DNA from: Negaprion brevirostris
Taxonomy: Eukaryota
Direction: 5' to 3'
Length of the DNA stretch: 64,000 nt
Assembly: GCA_030324005.1 (NCBI GenBank)
Contig: JARDVH010000073.1
Span: 102,873,908-102,937,907 of the forward strand
Part shown: positions 11,811-24,149 of the stretch, piece by piece
How the letters are laid out: each line of letters begins with the position of its first letter
Numbering within the stretch: position 1 is the first letter of the stretch
Notes under the pieces: model-generated
What the model saw: the letters and a program-made list of their open reading frames with translations, nothing else
Told to the model about the DNA's origin: nothing
Database searches by the model: none
Position numbers and translations under genes: made by a program

Positions 11811-13770
11811 AAGTAAGATTGAATGGTGAGTAATCATTTTTGCAGAAACTTCAATTTCTGATCCATTCTAATAAAGCTAAATTAACTGTCATTTAATTGA
11901 CAGTTAACTTATGAGTTCAGCATCAGTTTTATTTTCAATTCAGCCTTTCTTTAAAAGAAGATACTACATGGAAATTAATAAATTGTAACATAGTCTTCCA
12001 AATATTTGTTTCCATAAAAAAAACCTAGTTTCCTGTGGTTTTGATCATGAATAGTTGGGGATCTGGAGTCGTGTTGTTTATCTGCTAACCACATTTCTCC
12101 TTTTAAAGCCCGTGGCAGTGGCAGCATCACACACGTCTCCTTTAGGGGAGATATTCTAAAAAAACTCCTGAGGTCAATCAGAGTTTCATTGCCATACTGT
12201 GAGGCAAGTTTGCAGATTGCCAGGTGCTTGTAAATGCCTAGCTCCTTGGCAGGAAGAAAATCCCTAAAATGTCCTTATCCATTTTATATACTTCTAACAC
12301 TTCAAAAAGTGATGTGTGGAGTAGAGAGAAGCTTTCGAAGCTTTTAAATAAATATATGCTGCATTTTAGATGAAGTCCATCTAGAAATAGAACTGTAGAC
12401 CAGTTCATGTGCTTTGAAAATCACAAGTACTCTGAAAATTTGTCAAGTTGACATTCTGCCCTCTTTGGTTGGAACGCATTTCTCTAACAGTGCAGTAGTA
12501 AATTTATTCTGCTAACATGTTGCAAAACAGGGGGATATCTCCAAATTTACAGGTATTTTACCATGGAGTCCCAAGTATTGCCACCTGGATAGATGATAAA
12601 TACAAACATGATTTCCTGATAAAATTTTTTTGATATCTAAGCCCATTTTTCTAAATTACAAGTAAAAATACTTTATGCTAATCAGATTAAAAAATGTCTT
12701 TCGCACTGACTGAAAGTTTTTGTAGCATTTCGCTAACACACTTAATACAGGGCAATTTTTATCCTCGTAATGAAACAGTTACTGAAACTAGTCAACAGTT
12801 TTTTTATTCAGCAGTTTTACACAAGGCAGTCCATTTGTCTTGCAGTTTAGTTAGTGATATATTGTAACCCTTAAATATCTATAGTGAAGCTATCATCAGC
12901 TGTGTGCACTGAGATATAACATTTATTGACCTTTTCAACAAAGAATAATGATGGGAAGGATCAGTTTCACTGATTATGGCTCATTTAACTTGTGGTCTCT
13001 ATGTCGGATAATGGTTTGGAGATGAATTTTTAAAGTGAATATTAATCATATGCAGTGTATTAAGCTGATTTACCGACTTCCTACCTCACCCCGCCCATTT
13101 TAAGATGTAATTTTTCACACTTAAATTAAGCTGCAGTCACAATCTTGGCTTTGATAACTGAGTTCAACAGTTGAACATAGTCTTGCCCTGAAGGAGTACA
13201 AGTGCTGAATCACAGAAACTGGAATCAGATCAGTGGGCTGATAAAAGATTATGGATTTTTTTTATTGTTAGTTAATCTTTTGTCAATTGCTGACAAAAAA
13301 AGTGTATGTGTATTTTGAAATTTAGACTTGCCTCTATTAAAACAAAGTCATTCCTCTTTTTAAAAACCGTTCTTTGCCCCCAATCTGTTTTTTCTAACTG
13401 CAGCCAAATCTCCAATGAGTCTTTTTAAATCCTCAGATGCTCTAATGCTGACCAACTCTGTTTTGTTACTCTGTGGTTGAGTCCTTCAATTTTGATTTCT
13501 GCATCCTAAGGGCCAAAATCACTACTGGAATGGAATGTCATTGAACAACTGAGGTACAAGCATGCAGAAAACCATCCTGCCATCAACGCTATTAAACTGA
13601 ATTTTTCCCTCATGCTGCTTCTACAAGATTATCTCTGCAGCATTGTGCTCGCCACATTACTTGTCCTATCTTGTCCAATACAGTTATTATGTTTACGCAA
13701 ATCGTTTGCCTCCCATATATGGTGGTCAATTGTGATGCATTCCATGGCTACATCACTGGCCTAAACCTCA

Positions 13771-13867
13771 CCTGACGAAGGAGCAGCAAGTGCTCCAAAA
13801 GCTGTTGGCTTTTGTTACCAAATAAACCTGTTGGACTTTAAGCTGGTGTTGTGAGACTTATTACTGT
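13771..13867 (+). mobile_element. 97-bp Penelope-type terminal fragment with a decayed hammerhead ribozyme
   Basis: CTGACGA-a-GGAGCA-gcaag-TGCTCC-AAAA-GCT. Flanked by the perfect 10-bp direct repeat CTAAACCTCA (13761-13770 and 13868-13877). Its tail is shared with 52503-52650. Confidence 0.7.
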
Positions 13868-14470
13868 CTAAACCTCAACCACATTGTCTTCAATTGTAGG
13901 TTAGCCACCACGTTTACATTGATGACACCGAACACACACATTCAGTGCCTCGAACAGTACTATATGTCCAAGTTGATAGACTGTCTAACTGCCTGTGTAA
14001 CGAATTGTATTAAGCAAAGATGGATAATTCTTTTTATAAAAAGGTGAAAAAACAAACACTAGCACTTTGAAAATAATCAGGCCTTTTATGAAATTGATGC
14101 TTCATTGAACAAAAAGGATATTCTTAAGGTTTGAAACAAATGTGAAAGTTTGAAAAAGCATTGATACCAAGGTAATATTTTTTCCATTGTGACCCCACTT
14201 GTTACTCAGCCCTGCAGTGCTTACATTGCAACAATGCTTACTTACATACTAATGGTGGGACTACTCATCTCAAAACATTATAAAAAGAAGAAATTTACAA
14301 ATTCCTCATGTATAAGCGCACTATTATTTCCTATGTTATTACGACTAAACCATAACAAATCTTACACTCACTTTAGACTTTATGTTCAATTCATTGAGAC
14401 TAATTACGAACTCTTTCTGTACTAATGGAAAAATAAATCTATTATGCTGATTATATCCATATCTACCATT

Positions 14471-14674
14471 TGTTTATTGTGGTATTAATGCTAGGGAGCA
14501 TGAAAGGTTAAAAACTAACGGAACTTTATTTCCAAGGTGTATTCACTACAGCTGCTTCTTCACTCGAGCAGTTTCCTGTGCTAGTGACATGTGACGTCAC
14601 TTCCAGTGATGACATGCATATATCAGTACAAAATGCTAACTGCAGCTGCTAAGATTCAATGTAAATATGTAACA
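14471..14674 (-). repeat. Gypsy 3' LTR
   Basis: gggagcatgaaaggttaaaaact...cacttccagtgatgacatgcata...gctaagattcaatgtaaatatgtaaca aligns with 19425-19520 plus 19950-20035. Confidence 0.75.
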
Positions 14675-15194
14675 TTTCCTCACCCATTAAATTGAACAAT
14701 CCCAACAATTTCAAACTGTGTAACATGAACAATTAGCAAACAATAATCAAACAACAATAATCAACAAGTAAGATGGCTTGGAGGTCATTACTCTTGGACC
14801 AATAGACCGATTGAACCTCTAGATCTTCTTCTTACTAGTTGTAACCTCTGACATTTTTGTATTTGTATGAATGTCATCAGTGATTATTTTAACCAGCATC
14901 GACATTGACTCTGTGCTTTGTCTAAAGATGAAATGTTGTTTTCCTCAACAGTGTCTGTTGGGGCAGGGTTTCAGGAAGGTTCAAGTCAGGACTTTGTACG
15001 GTTGAACACAGATTGTTGGCAGGTTCCATTACCAGTGGATCGGCTCTCCCAATCAACGACTGGTCTACATGCCTCCCCCAGATGACATCATCTCTGGTTT
15101 GGTCCAGTCTATGCAACGATTGTGACAGGGACCCATTTCTCTTTTGTGGAGTAATTCCTGGCTAATATTCCTTGTCCTTGATGGAGAGCACAAG

Positions 15195-15830
15195 AGCCGA
15201 TCTTACCTTCTCATCCCACTGATCAATGAATGGGGTGAGCCAGTAAGATCACTAGAGAAGCATGGTGCCTGATTTCGTAACTATCGCGATCTTACCGGGT
15301 CTGGATATCCAGCGAGGTGAGAGGCATGAAGCTAATTTCAATATTTAAAACTATTTTTAAAAGAAATTAATCATTAATTAAGGCTCACGTGCTTTGACAG
15401 CCACACCGGTGAAGGCCCTCACCGGTGAGGATCAGGTATGGCCCCCGTTGGCAGTGACCAGTCATGATGGCCTTGCTGGCCAGACTGGAGGGCATTGAGG
15501 CTCCCAGGAAGTTGGTGGCCAGGTGGAACAGTGCCTCTTGGGCAGGGCCAGCCTGGCACAATGGCAAAGGCCACTGGGCAATGTCAAGAGAGTGGGGCCT
15601 ATGGTGGCAGGGCTTATGGGGAAGGTGGAGGGAGCTGCACACTCTGCAACAGGAATGGGATGTGGAGTTGCGCACTCTGCAATCGGCAATCGACTGGGGG
15701 AAGTGGGATGGACAGCAAGCAGCTGGGGAGGCCAGTGATCGCCGGGGGAGGTGAGGGGGGGGGAGGGAGTAGGCACATAATATACAGGTGGGGGGCGGGG
15801 AGTGGAGGTGCCTATAAGTATTACACAGAA
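15195..15830. mobile_element. GC-rich non-autonomous insertion (possibly Harbinger-type) inside the Gypsy integrase
   Basis: Abrupt GC rise interrupting the integrase C-terminus (ARNYSTKEKWVP..RHVDQ lies at 15050-15170 on the minus strand). Internal inverted motif cagtaagatc / gatcttaccg. Confidence 0.35.
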
Positions 15831-16584
15831 CTTAAAGATCTGCGCAAGTACAATTGTGCCCTCTACTTTCAGCTGCCAACTTTCCAACGANNNNNNNNNN
15901 NNNNNNNNNNNNNNNNNNNNNNNNNNNNNNNNNNNNNNNNNNNNNNNNNNNNNNNNNNNNNNNNNNNNNNNNNNNNNNNNNNNNNNNNNNACTTAAAGAT
16001 CTGCGCAAGTACAATTGTGCCCTCTACTTTCAGCTGCCAACTTTCCAACGAGCTTACCCCCTCCCCCTACTGCCAGGAAACAGATTTAGCATTATTTTTT
16101 GAACAGACTGGTGTATAATTGGACTCTTGTCGAAAAAATGGATCTGAAACTCTTCCATTTTCACGCTCATTAGAATTTTTTTGGTAAGATCACTCCCCCC
16201 ACATGTATACGCTGCCAGTCTCTTTGATATTGAGGAGCAATTTTGCTGGCCAATCAACCTAACCTGCATATCTTTGGCGTTATTAATCCTCAAGGGACCA
16301 CACAGTGCTGCAAATAGGTCACACACAGTAAAGAAAACNNNNNNNNNNATGTTTTGCTTTATGTTTCCACTGTTCTCTCTGTCGTTTTTCTTTCTGTTGA
16401 ACAATTTTATTTCATTTTCAGAGATTTCAAGAAGTGGAAAGTCAAATGTCATTGTTTGAGAGATTTTAGTCATTGAATAAGTCAGAATTGTTTGGGGTGT
16501 TTGATCAGCAAATCTTTTTCCCTTGTTATTTTCAACGTGTGCTTCGTGGTTTGGGTAAAATGTTCTGCTAGTTGTGGGTAGCAG

Positions 16585-16940
16585 GATGGTACAGTGCAGA
16601 CCTAATATGTTGATTGCCACTCTCTCAGGAAACCTGAGAATTTTTGGGAGACAAATTCAGGTTTGTTATTGTTTGCCAATTGTTCAGGGAATCTAAACCA
16701 ACTAAAGACTTTTCCTAACCCCTCTATTGTCTTTCTGATGAAGGTGACTTCATTATGGCGACTGCTGGCCACTAAATGAGCATTGACTGTTACTAAGAAC
16801 ATGTGTACTTCAAAAGGCCCTGCAAAGTCAGCTTGCACCCATTGTCTAGCCCCTTCCACTTTTCCCAAGGATGCAGCAGTGATAATGGTGGCAGATTTTG
16901 TGCCTTCACACATGAAGCACACATTCCAGATTTCTATTAA
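16585..16940 (-). pseudogene. Gypsy integrase core relic
   Basis: QWVQADFAGPFEVHMFLVTVNAH...FPEQLANNNKPEFVSQKF corresponds to the HxDFAGP...VDAHSKW...SDNGPQFxS pattern of Gypsy integrases. Confidence 0.8.
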
Positions 16941-17090
16941 GACCATAAAACTTGGAGCAGTATTAGGCCACGTGGCCCATCGAGTCTGCTCTGCCATTCA
17001 GTCATGGTTGATGTTTTTTTCATCCCTATTCTCCTGCCTTTTTCCCATAACCCCTAATCCCCTTATCAATCAAGAACCTATTCAATCTCC
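16941..17090 (-). mobile_element. CR1 3'UTR fragment nested in Gypsy
   Basis: ggagcagtattaggccacgtggcccatcgagtctgctctgccattcagtcatggttgat is the reverse of the CR1 terminal region. Confidence 0.75.
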
Positions 17091-17188
17091 ACATCCAATT
17101 CATGCCCAACACCTTGATATTTTTCTCATGTGCACAATTCCACACAACCCCTCATGTACTTTGTCAAACAATTGTCTTCCCAGTGGCA

Positions 17189-17464
17189 TTTAGTTTATTT
17201 ATTAGCTACAAGTAAGGCTTACATTAACACTGCAATTAAGTTACTGTGAAATTCCCCTAGTCGCCACACTCCAGTGCCTTTTTGGGTCAATGCACCTAAC
17301 CAGCATGTCTTTTGGAATGTGGAAGGAAACCGGAGCACCCGGAGGAAACCCACGCAGATACGGGAGAATGTGCAAACTCCACACAGACAAAAATCCAAGT
17401 TGGGAATTGAACCCATGTCCTTGGCGCTGTGAGGCAGCAGTGCTAATCAATGTGCCACTGTGCC
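17189..17464 (-). mobile_element. V-SINE, tail type A, nested in Gypsy
   Basis: Full-length reverse complement of the 3664-3957 family (head, V domain and tail). Confidence 0.85.
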
Positions 17465-17469
17465 GGAGT

Positions 17470-18300
17470 GATCACTCTGAACCCCCAACGAAGACATCCT
17501 GACTGTGTGCACTGCTCCAGTATTCTAGCAGAGTACCGTATCAAATCAGGTATTAATTCTGAGGCCTTGCTAAAATGTTGGCCTCCTGCCAATTCCACAA
17601 TCAGGTCATCAATGTCAGATATTGAGTATTATTCCGCATGCAAAATTGCATTTAGGCTGACTTTAAAATCTCTGCAAATCTGTGTGGATCCATCTTTTAT
17701 AGTGACTAGTACTATTGATGTAGCCCATTCACTAACACTGACAGGTTCCAAGTCTCTGATCTTCACCAGTCATTCCAAGCCAGCCTCCACTTTCAGCCTG
17801 ACAGCATAAGGTACTCACCTTGCCTTCGAGCATGTTGCTTGGCTTCCTCCTTTAATTTTCAATTTAACTGTAGTGTCTTTGATACTCCTCAATTCTCTGT
17901 CAAACACAACAATGTGTTTCTTTAGGACTTTTGTCAGGATTGATTCTCCATCCATCATCAGGTTGTCTTTAGCCCAGTTCAGTCAAATCTTTTCCAACCA
18001 TGTTCAACCTTCAATGTAGAATAAATACCCCCTTGCTATGTGGAGAGTCAAATCTATCGTTTGTCCATTAAGTTGCACAGCTATATCAATGTGGCTCTTC
18101 AGTGGAGCCACTTCACCTGTGTAGGTCTTCAACACTATTCTTGAAGCTTTCAAGGGAATATGTCTGAGTTTTTCCTTATATAGAGTCTGTGGCACCAGTG
18201 AGACTGCTGTGCCATTGTCAACTTCCATCTTTACTGACTGTCCATACATCGATGGAGTGACCTAGCATTTGTAGCACCAGTAATGGCAAGCACGTTCAGT
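17470..18300 (-). pseudogene. Gypsy protease and RT N-terminal relic
   Basis: VKMEVDNGTAVSLVP...LKTYTGE is a degenerate DTGA aspartyl-protease motif. Downstream SEWATSI...KDGSTQICRDFKVSLN is an RT start. Confidence 0.8.
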
Positions 18301-18399
18301 GATAATTTGACTTTCGACAATGAATTACCTCGTTTCTCTCTATCTACCCTTTTGCACCACATGAGCATTTCTTGTTCTGTAAACGTGCTGTTTTGATAT

Positions 18400-19170
18400 G
18401 TTCTTATTTCTGCCCGTAGTTTGCTTCTTGTTCCGGCAGGCTTGCTCTATGTGATTTTTTTTCCACAGTTTCTGCATGTTAAGTCCTTGCACCAGCAATT
18501 TTCAGCTGAATGCCCAGCTTCACACATCAGTGACTTGAGCTGATATGAGTTTTGAAACTCTTAGGCGTCGATTCAGCCNNNNNNNNNNNNNNNNNNNNNN
18601 NNNNNNNNNNNNNNNNNNNNNNNNNNNNNNNNNNNNNNNNNNNNCAACATTTTGTGTATCTGAGTATGCAAACTCTTTAGCACCCAGCTCCATCAAAACA
18701 GCAATTTCCATGGCCCTTTTCAAACTTGGGTTACTCTCAGTTAGCAATCATTTCTTTATTGGTGTCTATTTTGCAGACCACAGACCAATCTGTCACAAAT
18801 TGTGTCACTCAGCACATCATCAAACTCGCAGCTCTCTGCAAGCCTTTTTAACACAGCCACAAATAGCACAATTGTTTCCTCCTCTTGATGTCTTTTGTGA
18901 AATCTGAAGCACTCTGCAATCACCAAAGGCTTTGCTGAATACTATGCTTGCAAAATCTCTGATTTGTTCATATGTTGTAGTGCCTGGTTTCCCCAGTTGC
19001 ACAAAACTTCCCCCCGCCCCACCCCAAATTACGCATAGGTATGTATGAGCCCTAATATCTTTTGCTATTTTGTTTGCCTGAATGAAATAGCCAAAACACT
19101 TTGTATAGGAGCCCCATCGCTCAACATTTTCATTGAAATGTTCCACAGTGCCAAAAACTCCCACCATTTC
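18400..19170 (-). pseudogene. Gypsy gag relic
   Basis: GVFGTVEHFNENVERWGSYTKCFGYFIQANKI..., LTESNPSLKRAMEIAVLME, and a degenerate CCHC knuckle near 18430-18530; frameshifts and stops. Confidence 0.75.
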
Positions 19171-19424
19171 CTTGCTAATGAAATGCACACTTTGCAGTGT
19201 GTTTTCAGCAGTTGCAATGCTTCTGCCCTTTAAACAAGGTAACAACCTGAGCTTCAGCTTATTTTAAACACCCCCAGCCCTAATCACTCCACAGAGGATC
19301 ATTACTCACCCACTTCACTCGTGATGTCTGGAGCATATGAGAGATGTTTACTAAGTCTTTTCCGACTTTTGTTATCTTTTTCCTCCCAGATGGCTAGCAA
19401 CACCATTTGAAGTCCTCATTGTCA

Positions 19425-20035
19425 GGAAGCATGGAGGGTCAAAAACTTCCATAGTTATAATTACTGGATGTGTTCGTTCCAGGCTGAATGTAGATTGGAG
19501 GTCACAGGAACTTTTGTGTGCCAGCAGTGGTTAGCACTGCTGGTACACAGTGCCGGGGACCCAGGTTCAATTCCTGGCTTGGGTCACTGTATTGCGTTTG
19601 TGCATTTTCCTGTGTCTGCATGTGTTTGTCCCCACAGTCTGACAGACGTGCTAGTTAAATGCAATAGCCATGCTAATTTCTACCTCATTGTACCCCAACA
19701 GGCTCCTATAAGATCATCATAACACGTAGGAGCAGAATTAGGCCACCCAGCCCATCGAGTCTGCTCCACCGTTCAATCGTGGCTGATTTTTTTCTCATCC
19801 CCATTCTTCTGCCATTTCCCCATAACCTCTGATCCCCTTATTAATCAAGAATTAATCTTGAGTGTGGTGACTACGGGACTTTCACAGTAACTTCATTGCA
19901 GTCTTAATGTAAGCCTACTTGTGACATTAATAAAAACTTTAAATTTTAACTATGATGCCACTTCTAGTGACAACATGCATATGTTAATACACAGTGCTTA
20001 CTTCAGCTACTAAGACTCAGTATAAATACATGTCA
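19425..20035 (-). repeat. Gypsy 5' LTR interrupted by a SINE
   Basis: Homologous to 14471-14674 on both sides of the SINE at about 19520-19950; adjacent to the PBS. Confidence 0.7.
19520..19950 (+). mobile_element. V-SINE tail type A containing an antisense CR1 3'UTR insertion (~19708-19855)
   Basis: Head cagtggttagcactgctg...ggttcaattcc and V domain, then reversed CR1 tail, then the SINE tail resumes at gagtgtggtgactacgggactttcacagtaacttcattgcag. Confidence 0.8.
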
Positions 20036-22419
20036 CCATTGGAAGAGTAAATTTGCTTGCTCTGTTTCCTACTGTAAAAAAGACCATATAACTGCAAAAA
20101 TAATTTTGAACATTGTTAAAGGAAAGCAGCAGCTAGAGAGTTCAGGTCATATTCAAGCAGCATGGATGAGAGGACATAGTTTAGGAGAGGATTGATTCTG
20201 TGATTCAAAAAGTACTTGGCAAGTACTATTCTGAAAAGTACAGCTACATGGAGTGTCATATGTGGAATTAATTTATAACCTGTTTGTAATGGCCTTCACT
20301 TGCCTGTAATATTGTTGATATTTACCATGTTATTATTGAAACAACTATGAGAACAACATTAAAATTGATGCCTTATGCAACCACTCAAATCACTAAATAG
20401 ATAAATAATATGAAATACGAAATTGCTTGCAACTATTTTTATGGTTCTTATTCCTTTTCTGAGACCTATCTCACATTTCCTTGTGCTTCGATTTCTGTAC
20501 ATTTACTCAGAAATGTTTTCCAATGAAAGTATATTTTGATTTTCTTTATTAAACTGCAGATATTTATTGGGAATGCCATTCCCAAATCAGTCACACCATG
20601 CAAAGAGATTGATTCATTTTGAATTTATGAAATTGACCTGAAATTGACAAATAGATCATCAGAAATGGGACTCTGCCAATCTAATTTGTGTGTAGAAAAG
20701 TACTTTTGTTCATTACTTTTTCTTCAGTGCAAAAGGTAATGTAACAATGCAGCTGACGGTGATTAAGATGTAAATTCTTTTTAATTAGAATGTAAATTCT
20801 TACATTTTAAATGAAGACATCAACTGTCAGTGTGCCATATGATATCTTATTCTACCTTGGTTGAATGAAATCTTTAACCTGCATTGATAGCAATGAAGCA
20901 GTTTTGCAATCCCTTTGTCCTCTGATTCTTGTAATATTCTCTCTTCATGTTCCCTTTTCACATTGCTTTTGTTTATTTTCCCCTGCATTTGATATTGTTG
21001 TGCCTGGGGATTTTGAGGAAATTTAGAATGAAAATTGAGTTCATTTGGTGCCAGTATTTTCTTGTGCATCAATTACTTCTGCTGAATTTTCCTGAATGCA
21101 AATCAGTCTGGTTGCATAAAAGCTGCGCATGTATTTGAAATAATTAATTTTCTTTAAAGTGCTGGATCAAGTCCAATCAACCTGAATATAATCAAAATAA
21201 TAGGTAAGAAAACTTAAATTAATCAGAAGGTTTTTTTTGCTGAATTTGAAAAGAAACTAACAAAACAGGCTATTAATTTTTTTTGCTTTGAAACCTTTAA
21301 CTCTTGCGTAAACAGGGTAAGTTGGCGTTTAATGTCATTTAACTGGATACTTATTGAAAACCTGGATACATTTTAAATAATCTTTACCTATTTGTTGCAA
21401 ATTGATTCTGATGTATTGTCCATTAATAGCATTTTTGCGCCAAATTAAATATATCAAATACAATTTAAATTCAGTTCATTTTCAGATCATTAGTAACAAG
21501 TAGGGTTTTCAAGGTTGTAGTAAATTATGAGTAGATAATATCTACAATTTTTAAAACAGCAGTAGTGGAAGACCATTTGACCCTTTTTGAATTTGTGTGT
21601 TGCAGGATTGTATTACAAAATATTTTACAGTTTCAATGACTTTAGACTATACGTTAGTTAAGTAAAACTTCTAAGTGTGTCAATCTAATACTACACATCT
21701 CAGTCAACACTTTAAAATGCCAATAAATTACAGTTGAACAATCTCAAAAATTAATTTGCGAAGAAACTTGTTTTTTTATATTCTTGAGATAACTGGAGGA
21801 GATTTACAAACTTCTAGGATTGGAGCCAAGCTTTAATCCTGCAGAAAGTTCTGGTGGAAATTACTTGCCGAAATTTGACCTCAGCATCTAACTGGACCAC
21901 TTTCCCACTGAGAACCTGAGAACTGGCCTTAACTAGGCAGATTAGATTAGCAGCTATTACACTATGAACGAGAGCCTCAGACTACTTGTGAACAATACAG
22001 TTATTATAAACTAGACAGATATGGAATGGACCAGAAAGGCCTTTCACATATCACCTTGTAAGCCCTAATGTAACAGATTTTAGCAGAACTTTCCAATTAT
22101 TAAAAATGAACTTTATTAATACATTTCAGTGCTTACTAAAAAATTTAATGAATACATGCTAAAATGTTCCATCTAAATGCAGGTCTTTTAACAGGCTTTT
22201 ACTTATAGAACAAATGGATATAAATTGCTCAGTACTCAGGGAAAAGGTACCATTCAAATTAAAGTTTTGATTAATGGTAATAGAGTAAACAATTGATTCA
22301 AACATAAATATCAGTTTAAGCTAAAAAAAGTTTAATTTTTGGTGGAATTTTTCAGAAACATATTGTATCCTAAAATTTTTCACACTACTGAATTACTTTG
22401 ATTTGTGATACTATTGTAA

Positions 22420-22672
22420 TGGGGAATTCCGTAATAACTTCATTGCAATGTTAATGTAAGCCTTACTTGTGACTATTAAATAAACTTTATTATAATGTTC
22501 TGAAAAATAGTGACCAACTTGCAGAAAGTAAGGTCCCACAGACAGCAACGAGATAGTTCAGCAGATAATCTGTTTTAATGACGATGACTAAAGGATAAAT
22601 GTTAGCCAAGACATCTGGAAAACTTCCATGCTCATCTTCAAATAGTGTCACGGAATCTTTTACATCCACCTG
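22420..22672. mobile_element. SINE tail-A fragment (+) followed by a DeuSINE fragment (-)
   Basis: taacttcattgcaatgttaatgtaagccttacttgtgac, then ggtcccacagacagcaacgagat...gataatctgttttaa...aatagtgtcacggaatcttttacatccacctg. Confidence 0.65.
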
Positions 22673-23440
22673 CTGGAGAAAAACACAGCTTAAAGTCTCT
22701 TTCAAAATATGGTAAACAATACAGTTTTGCTTTAGTGTAATAATGGATACTTGGCAAAATGAACAAGAGCGTAACTGAGAACTTGATGCAGAAGAAAAGT
22801 TACCCAAGAGTGGGTTGTAAGCTGGATTCCAATCAAGGAATTTGTCTGTAGTTTTAGCATAGTGCAACAACACCAAAACTACAGCCATCAGCCATGACTG
22901 GACCTGAACTGTGGCAATCTGACTACAAAAACCAAGAAAAGTGTAGTCCTACTTTTAATATATCTTATTTGTTGATTTGTCCACCTCTGATTCAATAGCC
23001 TGGAAGTTTGCACAGGACCGTTCTTGGCATTCCACTCCATGAATAGCTAATATATAGAATAATTGATGCTTTATATGTGAATTTCGGGTTCTATTTCACT
23101 TGAAGGATTTTGGGCTATTTATATTGCAAATAATTCATATCTTACAGAAGATTAAAGGCTGGAATCTAATCAGAAAGTTCCATGTATTTAGATATAAAAT
23201 AGTGGCCATCTTTTTATTGCATTTCTAAATATACAAATACAAATATATTTATACACCATTACGGATTATGATAAATGTTAAATATATTCTCTATAAAGCC
23301 ATTGATAATCAAATGTCTTTACTGTTTTTCGTTATAGAGTGCAGAACTTAAAATGAGGCTTTGGTAGCATAAATCTATGATCCAGCTGCTTTGACTAAAA
23401 TCCAGAGAAGATCTCCGTGAATTCCTCCTCCTCCCTCCCT

Positions 23441-23450
23441 ATACACATAT

Positions 23451-23488
<38 letters not shown>

Positions 23489-23515
23489 ACAGGCACACAC
23501 ACATATACGCACACT
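23441..23515. repeat. (CA)n microsatellite
   Basis: Long CA run, directly visible. Confidence 0.95.
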
Positions 23516-24149
23516 TAGACAGTAATTTGAGAACTTGAATTCAGTCTTTTAAAAAATTTGGAAATAAAGAGCTGAAAGTGGCAGGTTGCAGTAAATATCC
23601 CCTGGGGAAAGAAACCTGTGGTCCTTGCATTTTCTGACCCATACATAACACCAATCCCACCCAAATGTGGTTGACTCTTGAGTGTTCCTGATGTTGCCTA
23701 GCAAACCACTAGCGAGTATAGAGATTGAACAAGAAGGTTCACCAGCAAGAGCAAATAAGAATCAGCAGTAACTGCCAGTCTTGCCAGCCACTTTGTTTTT
23801 CAAGATTTTTTTTAATGGATGTGACCTGGCATCAAACAAGTGCCAAAGTTTCATTTGTATTTTGCTGTAATGTTGGGGGTTGTAGAAATATTGTAACCAA
23901 TGGAAACCTATTGAGTGTTCTAATTATCAGGGTCCTTGTCAGACTGTTGTGGCTGGAACATTTGAAAAGAAAGATGACAGCATCATTTATGAAGGAAACT
24001 AATTCATGAACATTGTGACATCGTTAGCTGAAGCATACTGCTGGAGAAAGGATCATGTTGTGGAGATTGCTGAAGTTCTTCAGAACTAAATGGCTAGGGA
24101 AGTGGTTATTCAGCAGGACTCAGTAGCCTTTGGGAGGTGATAAAAGAGG

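Larger units (their letters stand above)
14471..20035 (-). mobile_element. Decayed Gypsy/Ty3 LTR retrotransposon with nested insertions
   Basis: TG...CA ends with CCATT target duplication (14466-14470, 20036-20040). Homologous LTRs, PBS-like TGACAATGAGGA (minus, 19413-19424), PPT GGGTGAGGAAA beside the left LTR. Gag, protease, RT and integrase relics lie in Gypsy order. Confidence 0.85.

Noticed and set aside
15830-16051. Exact ~60-bp direct repeat on either side of a 100-N gap
   Set aside because: Typical unmerged contig overlap in a draft assembly, not a biological repeat.
15385-16118. Cluster of overlapping ORFs on both strands
   Set aside because: GC-rich repeat insertion with few stop codons; no protein-like signal.
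21790-22070. Protein-looking frame LEEIYKLLGLEPSFNPAE...
   Set aside because: Frequent stops and no recognisable family.
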